Shown here: one piece after another, positions 42,184 through 55,502 of the stretch
Position numbering within the stretch: the first letter of the stretch is position 1
How the letters are laid out: each line of letters opens with the position of its first letter
Virus record (IMG/VR): IMGVR_UViG_3300013426_000017
Coordinates: 96,001 to 160,000 of that record
Reading direction: 5' to 3' (one strand)
From: a virus
Taxonomy: Duplodnaviria; Caudoviricetes
DNA length: 64,000 nt
Program-made: the position numbers and the translations under genes
Notes under the pieces: model-generated
Told to the model about the DNA's origin: nothing
What the model saw: the letters and a program-made list of their open reading frames with translations, nothing else
The model's database searches: none

Positions 42184-44124
42184 TTAACCTTCAACAGTAG
42201 CAAAATTAATTGTTAATGTCTTAAATTTATCGCTATCCCAAGAAATCACGCCGATATCTTGAGTCGCGCCAGGTATTGCTTTCTTGCCAGTAATTGCAAG
42301 CTTAAAATTAGCAATACTATTTATCTCCGCCAAGTCAGCTTTCTTTAGTGTGGCGACGATGACGCCATTCTCAATAGCCATTATGCCCTGCGAATTGGTT
42401 AATGCGTCCAATGTGCCTGCATCATTTACCCTATACCACTGGTACGAATACTGATTATAATTGCCTGAAACAGTGAAACGCCAGTCGACATCTCTCTTGT
42501 CTTGAGGATTCATGTTAATGCTTGTTTTATTATTTAGACTATCTGCTACTGGCATCGTCACAGGCTGATAGATAATGACATCCTCAGAGGTCTTAGACTT
42601 TATGGCGCCGTTCTTGGTATGCGACACAGTGGCCTACCAATAGCCCTCCGCATCAGCTGACTGACTAGATTCAATACCCTTGTTTTCATATTCTGCGCCA
42701 TCAGCAAATGTCTTGTATTCCCATTGATACGAGGATACAGCGCGATCATTCTTATTCTCTTCATTCACAATCTTTAATTCTGCGCCAACTATCTGCGCCT
42801 CACTATTGGATAACGCAAATGTAAAATCTTCAGGGGCTTTAACGGTAATTTTACCAATCTTGTATACTTCATTTTCTAAACCATCAATGTCAGTAAAATA
42901 TTCAGGGCGAGTATAGCCATACTGGCTATTCTTCGCCAAGCAGCGATATTCGCCAGTCACATCGCCTACACTAGGTAAGGTCGCCATGCCCATGATGGTA
43001 TAGTAGTTGCCACTAGCAACAGTCGATGAGGTAACGCCTTCGGCCAAGACATATTTATATTTGCCATTAACTTGCTCCTTGGTGTAATACTCCATACCCT
43101 CATCCCAAAAGGATACAGGAACATAGGCATACGAATTTGTGGCGCCTTCGCTATAAGCTGCGCCAGTTGTAGTCCATTCATAACGAATCGTGCCGCTATT
43201 ACTCTTCGCCCAGACATAATAAGTATCGCCAGCATCGGCATCGTCAATATTAAAATTGCCGACATTAGCGACCTTGCCATTGGTCATCTTGGCATAACGA
43301 ACAACATACTCGGGTAAATCAACGTCGTTCACCGTCTTATTAGTAGCTGGTGAACTACGCAGACGCTTAAACACCGCTTCATGGACTTCGCCCGAGGATT
43401 TAAACTCTGGTTCAATCTTATCTTCACCAGCAGCTTCCAAATTGAAATTCATACTAGGATTGATAACAACATTAGTTACCAAAGTAGCAAAGCTAGACTC
43501 AAGTTGGCCATCTTCGCTCAAGCTATATAAACGAATAGAAAACTTGACAATACCAGCCTTCTCAGTTGCCTTATCGGTTAATACCCAGCCAATAATTAAT
43601 TTTTCATCATCATCAGACAATATCTTTGTCCAAGCGGGGGAATAGCATTTCTCACCCTTGGCATTAATCCATTCTACTATTGCCTTGATATTCGATTGAG
43701 CAAAGTCAGTAGTATCAAAGTATCTATCAATAGTAAAATACAAGCTCTCAACGAAATGGTCGCCCTCAACGCCAACACCATTGCGCGCAAACTCTTGAGG
43801 AATGCCAATCTTACGCGAGTTAGCATCAATAACAAAATCATTCTCGCCAAATGGAATAATGAATAATTTATCATTATATAACTTGGCATCATAGCCCTTG
43901 TTATTTGACACAACAGTTTTTACTACCTTAGCGAGTATTTCTAATACAGAAAAATATTCATCAATCGAAGTTACACGAACCTTGCCGTCATCTGTTAATT
44001 TTAACGTTTCACTTAACTTTTTTTTATCATCAGCAGATACGTAGTCAGAATTTAATACCTAAGTTACTTTCTCATACAGTTTCTGATATTCGGATTTATT
44101 GCTACTAGTTTCCTTTGTAATCAT
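42184..44124 (-). CDS. BppU-like baseplate protein with Ig-like C-terminal domains, 646 aa in code 15
   Basis: GDH..E.LYFTIDRYFD; SYQW motifs; joined across 2 TAG. Confidence 0.7.
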
Positions 44125-44227
44125 ACGCTTTCAAATCCTTTCTATTAGATTGGGCAAGACTGAATGACCAATCTTGCCCTAATATATTTATAATTTAAAT
44201 CAATATAATTAATTTAAATTGCCCGTA

Positions 44228-44431
44228 TCATCGAGATACTTCATACCATTGGGATGCATCTGCCTCTGGTACAGTCGTACTCTGACAAAACATTACTCCA
44301 TCTTTTGTAAGCTATTTACCATCATCTGCAATAAGTCTTATTAAACGAATATAATAAATATCCTCAAGATGGACAGGGGAAGTAATAATTCCATTAGTCC
44401 CCATATATTGATATAAAACTTCAGTTATCAT
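44228..44431 (-). CDS. Small hypothetical protein, 67 aa, one TAG
   Basis: AGGAGG RBS; LIADDGK(TAG)LTKDG...W.EV. Confidence 0.7.
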
Positions 44432-44449
44432 ATTACATCCTCCTTTAGC

Positions 44450-47400
44450 TTAATTTATTAATGTAATGGGATTTTTAGGGCTACCATAACGGCCATAGCC
44501 AAAGAAATTACCTAAGGTGGTTGTAATCGTAATACCACTAACCGTCTAGCTAAATTTCTACGAAAGATCAACATTATTACCCCAAGTTGGCGTCCCATAA
44601 AAATAAATATCTTCATATTTATATCCAGAGTTCTAGCCAATTGCCAACATTTCTGATGTATCTTGTAATAGAGAACCACCATTTGGGCCGTATGCATAAC
44701 TTGAAAAATGATTTAACAAACTGGAATCAATAGATAGTTGCGATGGAGATTGACTAGACCCGACGCATAACGTATAATTTGCAAAATCGTTCCAAGCCAT
44801 ACCTTCACATCCAATTTCTTTTACTGAACCTGGGATTGTAAAAATCGCCCCGCTATCGGTGTGTGTAAATGCAGCAGCAAAAGCGCTAGGATAAATAACC
44901 TAAACTGAAGACCCTAAGCCATAATTAAGTTTTAAGTTGTGCACCATATTAAATGCAAATGCGCCGATACTATACAACATTGGTAGATTATCAAAATCAA
45001 AATATTCTAAACGTTCGCAACGCCTAAAAGCGCCAGTATCAATACGTTTAAGAGGATGATTCTTCTCAAAAAAGACATACGTGACATATGCCGCCAATGC
45101 CTAATCCACACTAGTACTGTGGCCAAAACCAGCTATATTTATAATATCTTGTCCATTATATTGCGAAGGTATGGTAATTTTCCCATAAGGCGGATTGTAC
45201 GGATTCGGACTTACACTGTACCCTGAATACTAAATACCATCAACAGTGATTGGTGATGTTAATAGCGTGAAGGTAAAATAACTATCATCTGTAATTGTTT
45301 GATAAACATTTTCTAAAACATACGCTGCATAAAATGTATTATCTTCAGTAATTGCAATTTTACTAAAGTCTACTAAGGCGGCAGAATGCTCATTATTATA
45401 AATATTTGTTGTATTATTACCCGCAATTGTGCGCGTATAGCCAATAAATCGAGTACGATCTTCCAATTTTAAATGCTAATGTACATTCTACAAATTCGCA
45501 ATTGGAGCATGTAGCGTAGTACCATGCACTGCTTCATAATCAATAGTAGCGCCGCCAAGTGTCAAAGCCTATTGTGGCCGCATAGCATTACCATTAGCAT
45601 TTACAGGAACTTGCATGAATGACACTTTCCATTTGTGATCTTGGAAAACTGCATAGAAGGTATAATCATACACATCTTGGGTTAATCTTAACTCATCCCA
45701 TTTACGAATAGATTCACTGTTCCCCAGTAAGTCTATCCAAATCTTATCATAAGATAATACCAAATGCTCGCTATCATTGGCGCTGCCCCAGCCCAAAAAG
45801 TCCTAAGCCGGCCGCTAATTGTTGATATAGCTAGACTGGAAAAGGCGTTCACCATTATCAGCTCGATCGAATGGGCTTGTAAAGAATTTAGTATCACTAT
45901 AATCAGCCGCATTAATACGTTCAGTACCAATAACAGTTTGAGTTATTAACATTTCACCATCAGAACCCAAAGTTTCTTCCTAAATAACAAATTTTGCCAC
46001 ATAACCCTTATTAACATTCTTAAAGAATAAATGTAAATTAGGATAATTAACAGATAATTCGTTATAAATAGTGCCTTCATCTACAGCGGTTTCATTATCA
46101 ATATAAACATAGCCAGAAATATTAGGCACTGTAGAATCTTCAACCGAACTTACAAATATTGAATTATCAATTAGATTTTTAAATAAGTCAATATCAGTAA
46201 TATTCACACTATCTAATTTTTTAGACTCATCATACTCATATAATTGGTTATTATTTAAATACCGTTTCCAAGAACTCTTATCTGCTGTATAATCAGCTTC
46301 GGTATAAACAGCTAATCCATAGTGGCCATTATCATAATAATAATTTCCACTAGTATCAACTGGTAAATCAGTGTCTGTTACCAAAACATAAGGACTCCAC
46401 TATACACTAGTTAAATCAATTTGTCGTTTAATCTTATCTTCATTCTTGCAAGCGTTATAATACTTGTTTAACAAAGCATAAGAATAATAACCTAAATTAC
46501 CGCCATTAATTGACAAACTGGTTAGCGCGGGCACAATAGAGTCTTCGCCCTTATCTTCCCAGTCAGTTAATCCAGCAATATACAATCCTGGTTCGGCTAA
46601 TAAAGTCTAATCCAATTGCAATTCAGGTATTTTATATTCTTCAATTAAATTTGTTAATAAACGAGCTTCAGTTAAGTTGAGACCCCTCGTCGTATTAGAT
46701 AAATACAAAGTATTTAATGCTACACCTTCTGCAAATGTAACGCCAACAATGTTGGAACCCGTATCTCTAAACACTTGCAATTTAGGGCTCTTAGATAAAT
46801 CAAATGTAATATTTTCATTCTTAAACTTGATATTACATAGATTAATTTCTCTAACCAAAGGCAAACCGTTACTACCAGTTATATTCCAAGCATTAACATT
46901 TTCGTTTTTATATGGACGATTACCTTCATCAAGTCCATCATAGCCCAAACACAAATCAGTTAATTTATTGGCGGAACCACTTAATACAAACTCTTGGAAA
47001 TAAAGTTTACTCAAGTCACCCAGTGAACGCATCTAATCTAAACCATAGATGTAATACAATTGTTCACGATAGTTCTTAGATTGACGAACGCCATTCTCTA
47101 AGTCAATTGCACTAAAACGAATTGGTGTACCCGTATATTTTAAAGATGGGAAGTTCGCTGTATCGGTACCAACAGTGACATACATATCACGAACAGGAGT
47201 CATAGTAATCCAATATTCACCATCAAACATATGAGTTTTGACATTATCAGATGTCCAATAATTTTCTTCATTCTCGCCTTCAACCCAAAGGTCAGAAGTG
47301 TCAATACTATTATTTGCCGAAATTCGAGAACGAATATTGTTAGCACCATTGCGTTCATAGTTACCCACAGTTAACCATGAATCAATATAATTTAAACGAT

Positions 47401-50400
47401 TTATTAAGAATTGCTCACGAGACATACTTCTATTGCCCTGTAAGGCATAAAAATAAGTGTTACTATCATCAACCTGTAATACTGGGCTATCGCCAGAACC
47501 TAAATAACCAACCTCCGGATTTGTAATAGAAATATATTTATATTGTTCATCCAAGTTGGATGCGATTAAAGGCCGCCTACCCTACATTGAATAACTCTTC
47601 GTAAAAGTAGGATCACAATTATAAATAGACTCAATAATTTCTACATTATTGAAAGGCGATACGGTTAATTTACCACCGAAATTATTACTTGGATTGCCCT
47701 TTAATTGACGATATTTCTCACGAATTAAATTAAAGTATGTAGCATAGAAATTATTCCATAAGACACTATCATTAGTTGAGAATGTACCATCATTTGTTGC
47801 ATCAATATTATAATCAAATGATGGAATACCAGTATTATTAATACCTAATTGTGTATCCATATCATAGAAAATAGGATACCAAATATATTCACCGCCAGCC
47901 TCTTGAGGACCCCAAGAAGCCATCATACAGTTTTTACCACGAGAATCATAACATTCTAATACTTCAGTGATAATAAAATATGTCGCCAAATATTCTAAAT
48001 TAAAATGGTCTTCTAACTCATTTTTAAATTTAGCCAAGCGATATTCTTTTGTATCATAATTATAAGTCTTCTTACCATAGGTGACTGGCGCAGCCAGCTT
48101 CCATGCGTCATCAAACTCGGTCTATTCAATTGGCTCATAATAAATCTCACTGGCATCAAATGTATCTTCAGCTAATACATAAGTTCTGTCTTCCAAAGGT
48201 AAGGATTCATTAGTGGTATAATATTTTGATGGCGCATAAACCTTAGCAGCGTCTATAGTAAGTTTAATACCACGATAATTGCCATCTTCTAAACAGAAAT
48301 ATATTATTGTAGAATCAAAATTGCCTTGCGCCAAGGTATATTTATTAGCTTCTGTAGCTATATAATATTTATTAGATTCATATAATGCTTCTGCTAAATC
48401 TATTGGTGAATAACTATTCAAATCAGGTACACTAACTAAGGTGCCATCTCCTTTAAGATCGATCTTGGCATCAGTTGCAGTACTCCAAACCCAAGCAACC
48501 GCTTTTTCCCAATTGCCATATAATTCTAACAGCTTGGCGCGGCCCTCGTCTAAATTGGTAATATCAATACCCAAAATATTTTGAATATCCTCTTTAATTT
48601 CATTACCGCTTGCGGCCGACGTATTTAAATCAACAAGGTAATCAATATAATCATCTAATGCATTATAACGATATTCAAATGAATCAGCTACAATAGGGGC
48701 ATTAGATGCAGTAAAACTATTTTTTACACCTGCTGGTGCAGCGAATGTTAATTCTCTACGATTCCAGGGATCGCGGAAAGAACAGAAACCACGCGAGTTA
48801 TTTTCAAATTCCCAACATTCGGCAATGTCGTCCATACTCTTGTTATCATTAAATGCCGATAACACATTCAGTCCCTTAAAGCCATAAGCTTCATCAGCAC
48901 CTTTATCTAACAGCATATTATAACGACCAATAAATAGTGGTTCTTGATTGTTTTCTTTCATTGTTTTAGTTTGCCAGAATGCTAAAGTGGGGAAGCCCTA
49001 AGCCGAAGTGCGATAATCGCTTAAATTAGTTACTTCAGCCGTTTTATATGCGGGAATAAGTGTATACCATACGTTGGTACAATTTTCATTAGTATCAATC
49101 ATAGTTTTTTCAACTTTTGAATAATTTGGTTCTGCACCAATGCCACCTAAAACCTTTTCTTGTCCAATAGAAATTGCATAGCCACGAGGACCTTTAGCAA
49201 AATCTTCTGCGGAAGCTAACGACTTTAATTCATCAACACTAGTATTTTTTAATGTACCCTTGTGATTATAATAATAATACACAGTATTAGGGTCGTATAA
49301 ACTAGCATCATTTTCCACTTTAGTCTATATCTAATTCTCAGTATCAACAACCGAAAACGCCCCAACCTTGTTATAATCTGCTAATGGATGGTGCGAATAG
49401 ACATAGTTAACCAAATTCGCCAAACCCATATTATAAGAACCAGAAGACTCCATGTAATCAACTTTTAAGGTAAATTTATTGCAGCCCACAGTGTCATTAT
49501 CGTAATAGAACCATTTCAAACTTTTTTCTTTGTCTTGGACAAATGGTCCACGATTCATTTTCATTTTTCCCTTAGCCTTAGCCTTATAATTACGGCGTGG
49601 ATAATATTCAGAAGAAGTACCTTGTACACTCAAAGTCACACCTTCAGCCGACCAAGAAGGACAATGATGTTCATAATAATCAGCAATATCAACCTCGCCC
49701 GCGGCGACATTTAGATCTCCACTAGCATAAGCAGCATCAAGACCGGTATTTACAAATTCCATATCTACAGTAATTGGAATAGATTTTTTCCAAGGTAAAT
49801 TACCCTTAGATTGTACGTCAGAATCGTCTGTGGTAAATACAATATAAGGCATGATAGGGTCTGTTGTATGCTCATCATTATAGGCAATCATTTTATTATA
49901 TGAGAACTAGAATGGTTCATTAATATCATTATTTGTAATTGCTAAATTGGATAAATCCCAGGCTGTAGTATCCGTATTATCATAAGCCATATTTTGCAAA
50001 ATTTGTGTTAAAGTTAAAGCCTAATCATATACACGGAATTTATATAAGTCAATATCACAATTTGTCGAATTAACAATTAGATTTTCAGTATCTATAATCC
50101 AACGATTTGCCAGGGTAGATCGCGCCACGCTGGTCAAAACACCATTCAAATAGAATTTCATTAAGTTATCATTGCCAGAAACAGTACCACTACCTTTGTC
50201 ATAAACGATTGCAATATTTAAAATCTGATCTTCGACAAAATCAATAGCTACTGAATTGGTACCATTAGTAAAATAACCATCCTAAGCTCCTAAACAAATA
50301 CCAGGATTGGATTGTTCATTTTCGCCAGACTCAACTAAATACTTAATTACTGCCGTGTCTAAATTGTATTGGCGGCTTAGGCTAGCAAATTCCAAATCTT

Positions 50401-52276
50401 CATAAGTTGGAATAGTATTATCTGTTAAACGCAATTTTGGCAATATCATTGCCAAATAAGCATCATAACTTGAATAGCCCGTGGCACGTTGTGCTAAAAA
50501 TTGCTCAAACACTTCATCATCTTTCCATCCTCTATTGATATTGCTATCACTAGGATTATCAACTACTTGGTATCGAGTATATGTAGTAATAATCTTATCA
50601 TAATTTTGAATATTACTAATTTTCATTTTAAACTCTATGGTATGAGAAGACTTATTCTATCCTGCAAACGCCATAGAGCCAATAGGAAATGATACAGAAG
50701 CGCCGTTGCTAATTCTTAAACAGGTTGGACTATTATCTTCCATAATCCAACCATTGTTATACCAGTTAAAATTAGATAATGTTGCTTTTGAATCACGAAT
50801 CTCAATTACAGAACGCTTTTTCGCTGACTCAGAATTAGAACGACCACGAGCATCAAAATTAACAATGGCACCATCTACAATTCCCATATGTCTTTCATCT
50901 GGCAAAACTGTAAATTCAGGAACTCGCTCCATGGCTTCATGTTCACCATCGCCGACACGAATTTGATATACTGTTGTTTGACCAGCAACCAAATTAGTTA
51001 ACTCCCAAATTTCATAAGCAGTTTTATCTCTATCAACTGCACGGCCATCCTCGCCAGACACGTTCTTACTATTTTCATATAAGTATAAATGCATTACACT
51101 ATTGTTAGGGTCATAAGCACGAATTGGAATAGCAGGTGTATCAAATTCATAATATGTTTTTTTAACATCACCGAACCAAATCAAAGGCTCTTGCTCATTA
51201 AGATACAATCCTACTTCTCGCGTGATTACATCAGTGCCACTGCCACGAGTGCCATCAGATTTTACTAAACTTAATTTAGCTGAAATTGTGTGGCGACCAT
51301 GATTATAACTCGCTCCCAAGGCCACTCCTGTAGATTCATGCGTATCATAATCCACAATTTCACTTGCAGCACGCACATTTATCTCAACGTCGGTAGTTTT
51401 CTCATTCTCCATTTTACTATATATCAAATAGTCATCAAAATAGATATCTAATATTCTACGTGAACCGCCAAGGATTTGAACTGCAACAGTAAAATTATCG
51501 CGGAAATATGATAAATTAGTAAATCGACTATTTATCCAGCTAATATCCATTGCATAAGTGGTCACATTACGAGAAACTTGGCCACCACCTACAAAGATGT
51601 TACCAGGACTACCTGATAAAACAAACATTAAATCTGTTGAAGTGGACTGGCGCAAATGTTCAGGCTTATAAATTAATGTTTGGCCATGCGCAACCTTAAT
51701 CACTTCAGTATAATAAGGCTCAGTATCTTTAGCTGCCATATAAGTAATAGTCAACTTCATGTCTTCTGGATCAATTGGTTGGCCATCTTCAGTGGCTGAA
51801 GTTGCTGTAATACTGAAGGAGCACTCTTCGCCATTCAACAATTCAGTCTCACCTAAACTAGTAACAACTAAGCGACCGCGCACTTTTGAGCTGCCGTCAT
51901 TGCCGCTACCAGCTAGCGCCAAACGATATACGGATAGCGAACCGTCTTCTTCATAACCCAATACTCTATAAAAACATTGGTCAGACTCGTTAATAACCAA
52001 ATCGTCTTTTCGGGGCTAAATGATGTAATTTGCAAAAATTTCAGCGGGATTCATAATACTCATTTCGCCAGTGTTATCACCCAGCTCACTTGAGTCGAAA
52101 CTAGCATAAAAAATACCAGTATTTCCGCCACCCATTAAAATAAATTCATTGCCATCACTATAATAAATTTTATGAGTATCAATAGCAAACCACACTTTGC
52201 CCTCATCAGGTGGCTCATTAAAAATAGAATCCTCTTTACCACGAATCGGTATAAATGGAACTTTACTATTTAGCAT
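44450..52276 (-). CDS. Giant (2608 aa) virion protein with LamG-like, CotH-kinase-like and BspA-type LRR regions
   Basis: One frame across >20 TAG with no TAA/TGA seen; QGTSS.YYPRRNYK, FTLKVDYMESS, DSRGKN, WYPIFYDMDT; IDTGAF...IGAFAF. Confidence 0.8.
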
Positions 52277-52300
52277 AAACCTTCTCCTTTCTATCCTTAT

Positions 52301-52335
52301 AATAAAAAATCGGGACAAGGAAAAATCCTTGTCCC
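52301..52335 (-). terminator. Intrinsic terminator-like hairpin
   Basis: GGGACAAGGA/TCCTTGTCCC plus T-run on the minus strand. Confidence 0.75.
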
Positions 52336-52399
52336 AATCGAAAATTTTCCTCATAGAATTTTAAATAATTCTATAAATTAATTAATGTGTTTTGTCCAA

Positions 52400-54700
52400 T
52401 TATGTGAAATCATCCCATACTAAATCAATTAAATAACTTACGTCAGTATCTGAAGCAGACGTATTAGAAATAGTTAAGTTCGAAGAAGTTAATGAATAAT
52501 TAAACGAATTTCGTTCCTTAGTATTAATCTTTAATGCTTGGTGGAATTTTAATACATTATTCTCTAATGTGCTAGAAAGAGTGTAGTCAATTACTTGCTC
52601 TGTAGGCAGGGTTAACTCATGTGCCCCAATGCTAGTTACATGACCAGCTTTATCAACTTGTACCACAGGAACAGAGAATGAGCCATTAAATCCTAAATTA
52701 GAATCTTCGCTTGGGCCATAAGCCACACTATCATTTAACGAATCTTTTGTAGTATGGGCAAACTCAATTTTCTTATCTTTAGCATCATCAGCACTGGTCT
52801 TAATAGTTATATATTTGTCACCAGTTAATGAAATCAAATCTTGCTCACTAGCATTCGACCACAAAGCCAATGCAGTATTCTCATTACTCGTAGTTAATTT
52901 ATAAGTAGTATTATTGTTTTCATATTCTGGCAACTGGACAGTATTTGTATGCACATTAGTGATATGGCCTTGCGCATCATAAACGACAACCGGAATTTTA
53001 AATGTTCCCTCAGCCTGTGGAGTTTGAGCATCATCAAGACTCGATCCTGCTGCAATTGTATTTGTATGGCCAATGGAAAATACGGCCTTATTGCTTCCAT
53101 CAGGCTGCGCCACATCCACAGAAGAAACTTTTAAGCCATCACTAATTTGAATAGGCTCGCCATCTTTATCAGCGGTCAAATTATGTAAAATAATATTACT
53201 ATTTGCTACATCCGCACGTAAGGCGTATTGAGTATCAATCTCATCACCAGATGGAATAATATCAAAATCAGTATAGGCAGGCGCTTCATTTTCGCCCTTA
53301 TCCGCGCCCTTATAAATTACCAAATCGCCAGCATCAATCGAAATATTAATTTGTGTGCCAGGTGGCGTGTAAATAAATGATTCAGCTGCTTTATAGGTAT
53401 CACCAGTTTGAATACCACCCAAACCATCAGGGAATTGATCTTGAGTTAAGACACCCTTATAGGTCATAGCGTCCATGTCTGCCTTAGCCTTAACAATTAA
53501 CGCATCAACGGCCTTTTTAGAATAAATCTCGCCTAACGAGCCCTGATTATTAATTGTTTTTAAATTATGACCATTTTCGGCATCATCATATATATCCGCT
53601 GTAAATCCAATACTTGCGGCAGGAATGGTTGCTTCTTCATTCTCTTTATCGCTACCATTTTGCTAATGTTTCAAGGTTAATTGAATATTACCAGATTCAT
53701 CTACTGCGCCAGTGTGTGAGCCAAATTGATAAGTATGAACCGTATCGGGAATATCTAATTGGGTAGACTTGGCATTTGAAATATGGCCCTGAGAATCTAC
53801 AGTAAACTGAGGCACAGTAAGAGCGCCTGACTTAAATGTAGCTTCATATTCTTGTGCCGTGACTCCAGAATCCTTGTGACCAATCTTAATTGAATTAATT
53901 TCCTCGGTAGCGATTTCGATTTGGTCTATACCCTCTATAGATACCACATCTTCACTACCGCCACCTTGAGGCTTTAATTTAATCGTACTAATATTATTGG
54001 ATACTGGTGCTTCAAGGTCATATTTAGTATCTGTCGCACCAATAACAAAAATATTATCGTTTACAGTGTCCTTTTTAACAGATACACTTCCGCTACCTTT
54101 AATAGTAACATTTTGGTCGCTATTAGCACCGCTACCCTCTGCACTTAAAACAAGGCCGTCTTTTTCTGCGGTCTCAGTCGCCGCTACACCAACAGAAACA
54201 TTTGTAACTATTGAAGTTAAATCGTTCTGTGAAATGGTTAATTGTCCAGTAGCAGAATGAGACTTTTCTGTATCTTTATTGCTAAGAGCATTCCACTCAT
54301 GGCTTGTTATATTAATATCATAAACCAATTGGTCGTTGTTGGACTTAGTGTTCTTGTTTACGGTAATACTTTCAATACGGGTATCTGTATCTTGATTCGT
54401 ATCAGGGTTTATTTGCACCCACTCACCATCAGGTTTGGCATTAGTTTTAGCGAAAGTACATAAAATATTCTTATCGCTTAAATAATAAAACTGACCCTCA
54501 ACCTTGGGGACAGTAGAATTCTCACGAAACACTTCATCATAAGTATAAAATTTAATGCTTTGATTCAGCAATTCAAGTTTATTATTCGCGCCACCAACGT
54601 ATAGTCTATTAGTATCAGTGGTTAAATAAAAAGCACCATCTACAATATTACTGCTAGGCAAATTCGCTTGTAGACCGCGTTTAAAACTTACACTTGCCAT
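52400..54700 (-). CDS. Tail fibre protein, 766 aa, one TAG
   Basis: FKRG.Q..L...DGAFYLTTD..RLY; three VDxxGH(I/V)-type repeats; AMTYKG. Confidence 0.75.
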
Positions 54701-54719
54701 ATGTAATTTCCTCCTTCAG

Positions 54720-55454
54720 TTATTCCGTCATGTCAACCCATTGTAAACGAGTATCAAGATCATTCATACGCGAGTTTATATTACTCTGCATGGTTTCCAA
54801 ATTACCAACACGAGTAATCAACTTAGTAGTTGCATCGCCATCAGTGGTAATCCAATCCTGAATCTCTTTCAATGTGTCAAATGCTTCAGATGCGCCACCA
54901 ACAAGATTTGTTACCTCCTGCTTAATAACTTGGCGGAATGAGCCTTCAGTATTCTCATCACCGTCAATTCTACCAACAGTAGTAATCAGGCCAGGGATCG
55001 CATTAATCTACTCCTCAGTTAAATTAACTACAGGAACCTCAGCCCAGCTACCGTCGCCACGCAAGAATTTATTTTGGTCTCCTGCTTGTGGCGCCGGCAC
55101 TAATCCAGCCTTGCCAGCCGTCTCAGCAGTCGCGCCAGCCATTACCTCAGCAACAATCTCATCAATGGAACGATTAACCCATTTTCCCGATGCCGCGTCA
55201 TAAGACAATATATCTTTATCTTTAACGCCTGCTTCAGACATAAGAACATTTTTTAAATCGCCTAAATCTAATTCTGTAGTAGTGCTACCGCCGCTTGTTC
55301 CAGTAATAATCTATTTATTGCCTAACCAGAGTGAACCTTTACTAGCATCCTCAGAATTATAGATAAAATACAGGGTATCCTTATCTTTTGTTGTAAGTTT
55401 GTTAAATGCGCTTTCAGTGCCGCGCAAAAATTTTACATAACTACCATTAGCCAT
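54720..55454 (-). CDS. Tail-fibre-like protein, 244 aa, 2 TAG
   Basis: YVKF.RGT...KD.DTLYF; GLVPAP..GD..KFLRGDG.W; FDTLKEI.DWI. Confidence 0.75.
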
Positions 55455-55502
55455 TTATAAAATCTCCCCTTTCTAATATATTTCAAAAAATAAATAGGCC
55501 GA

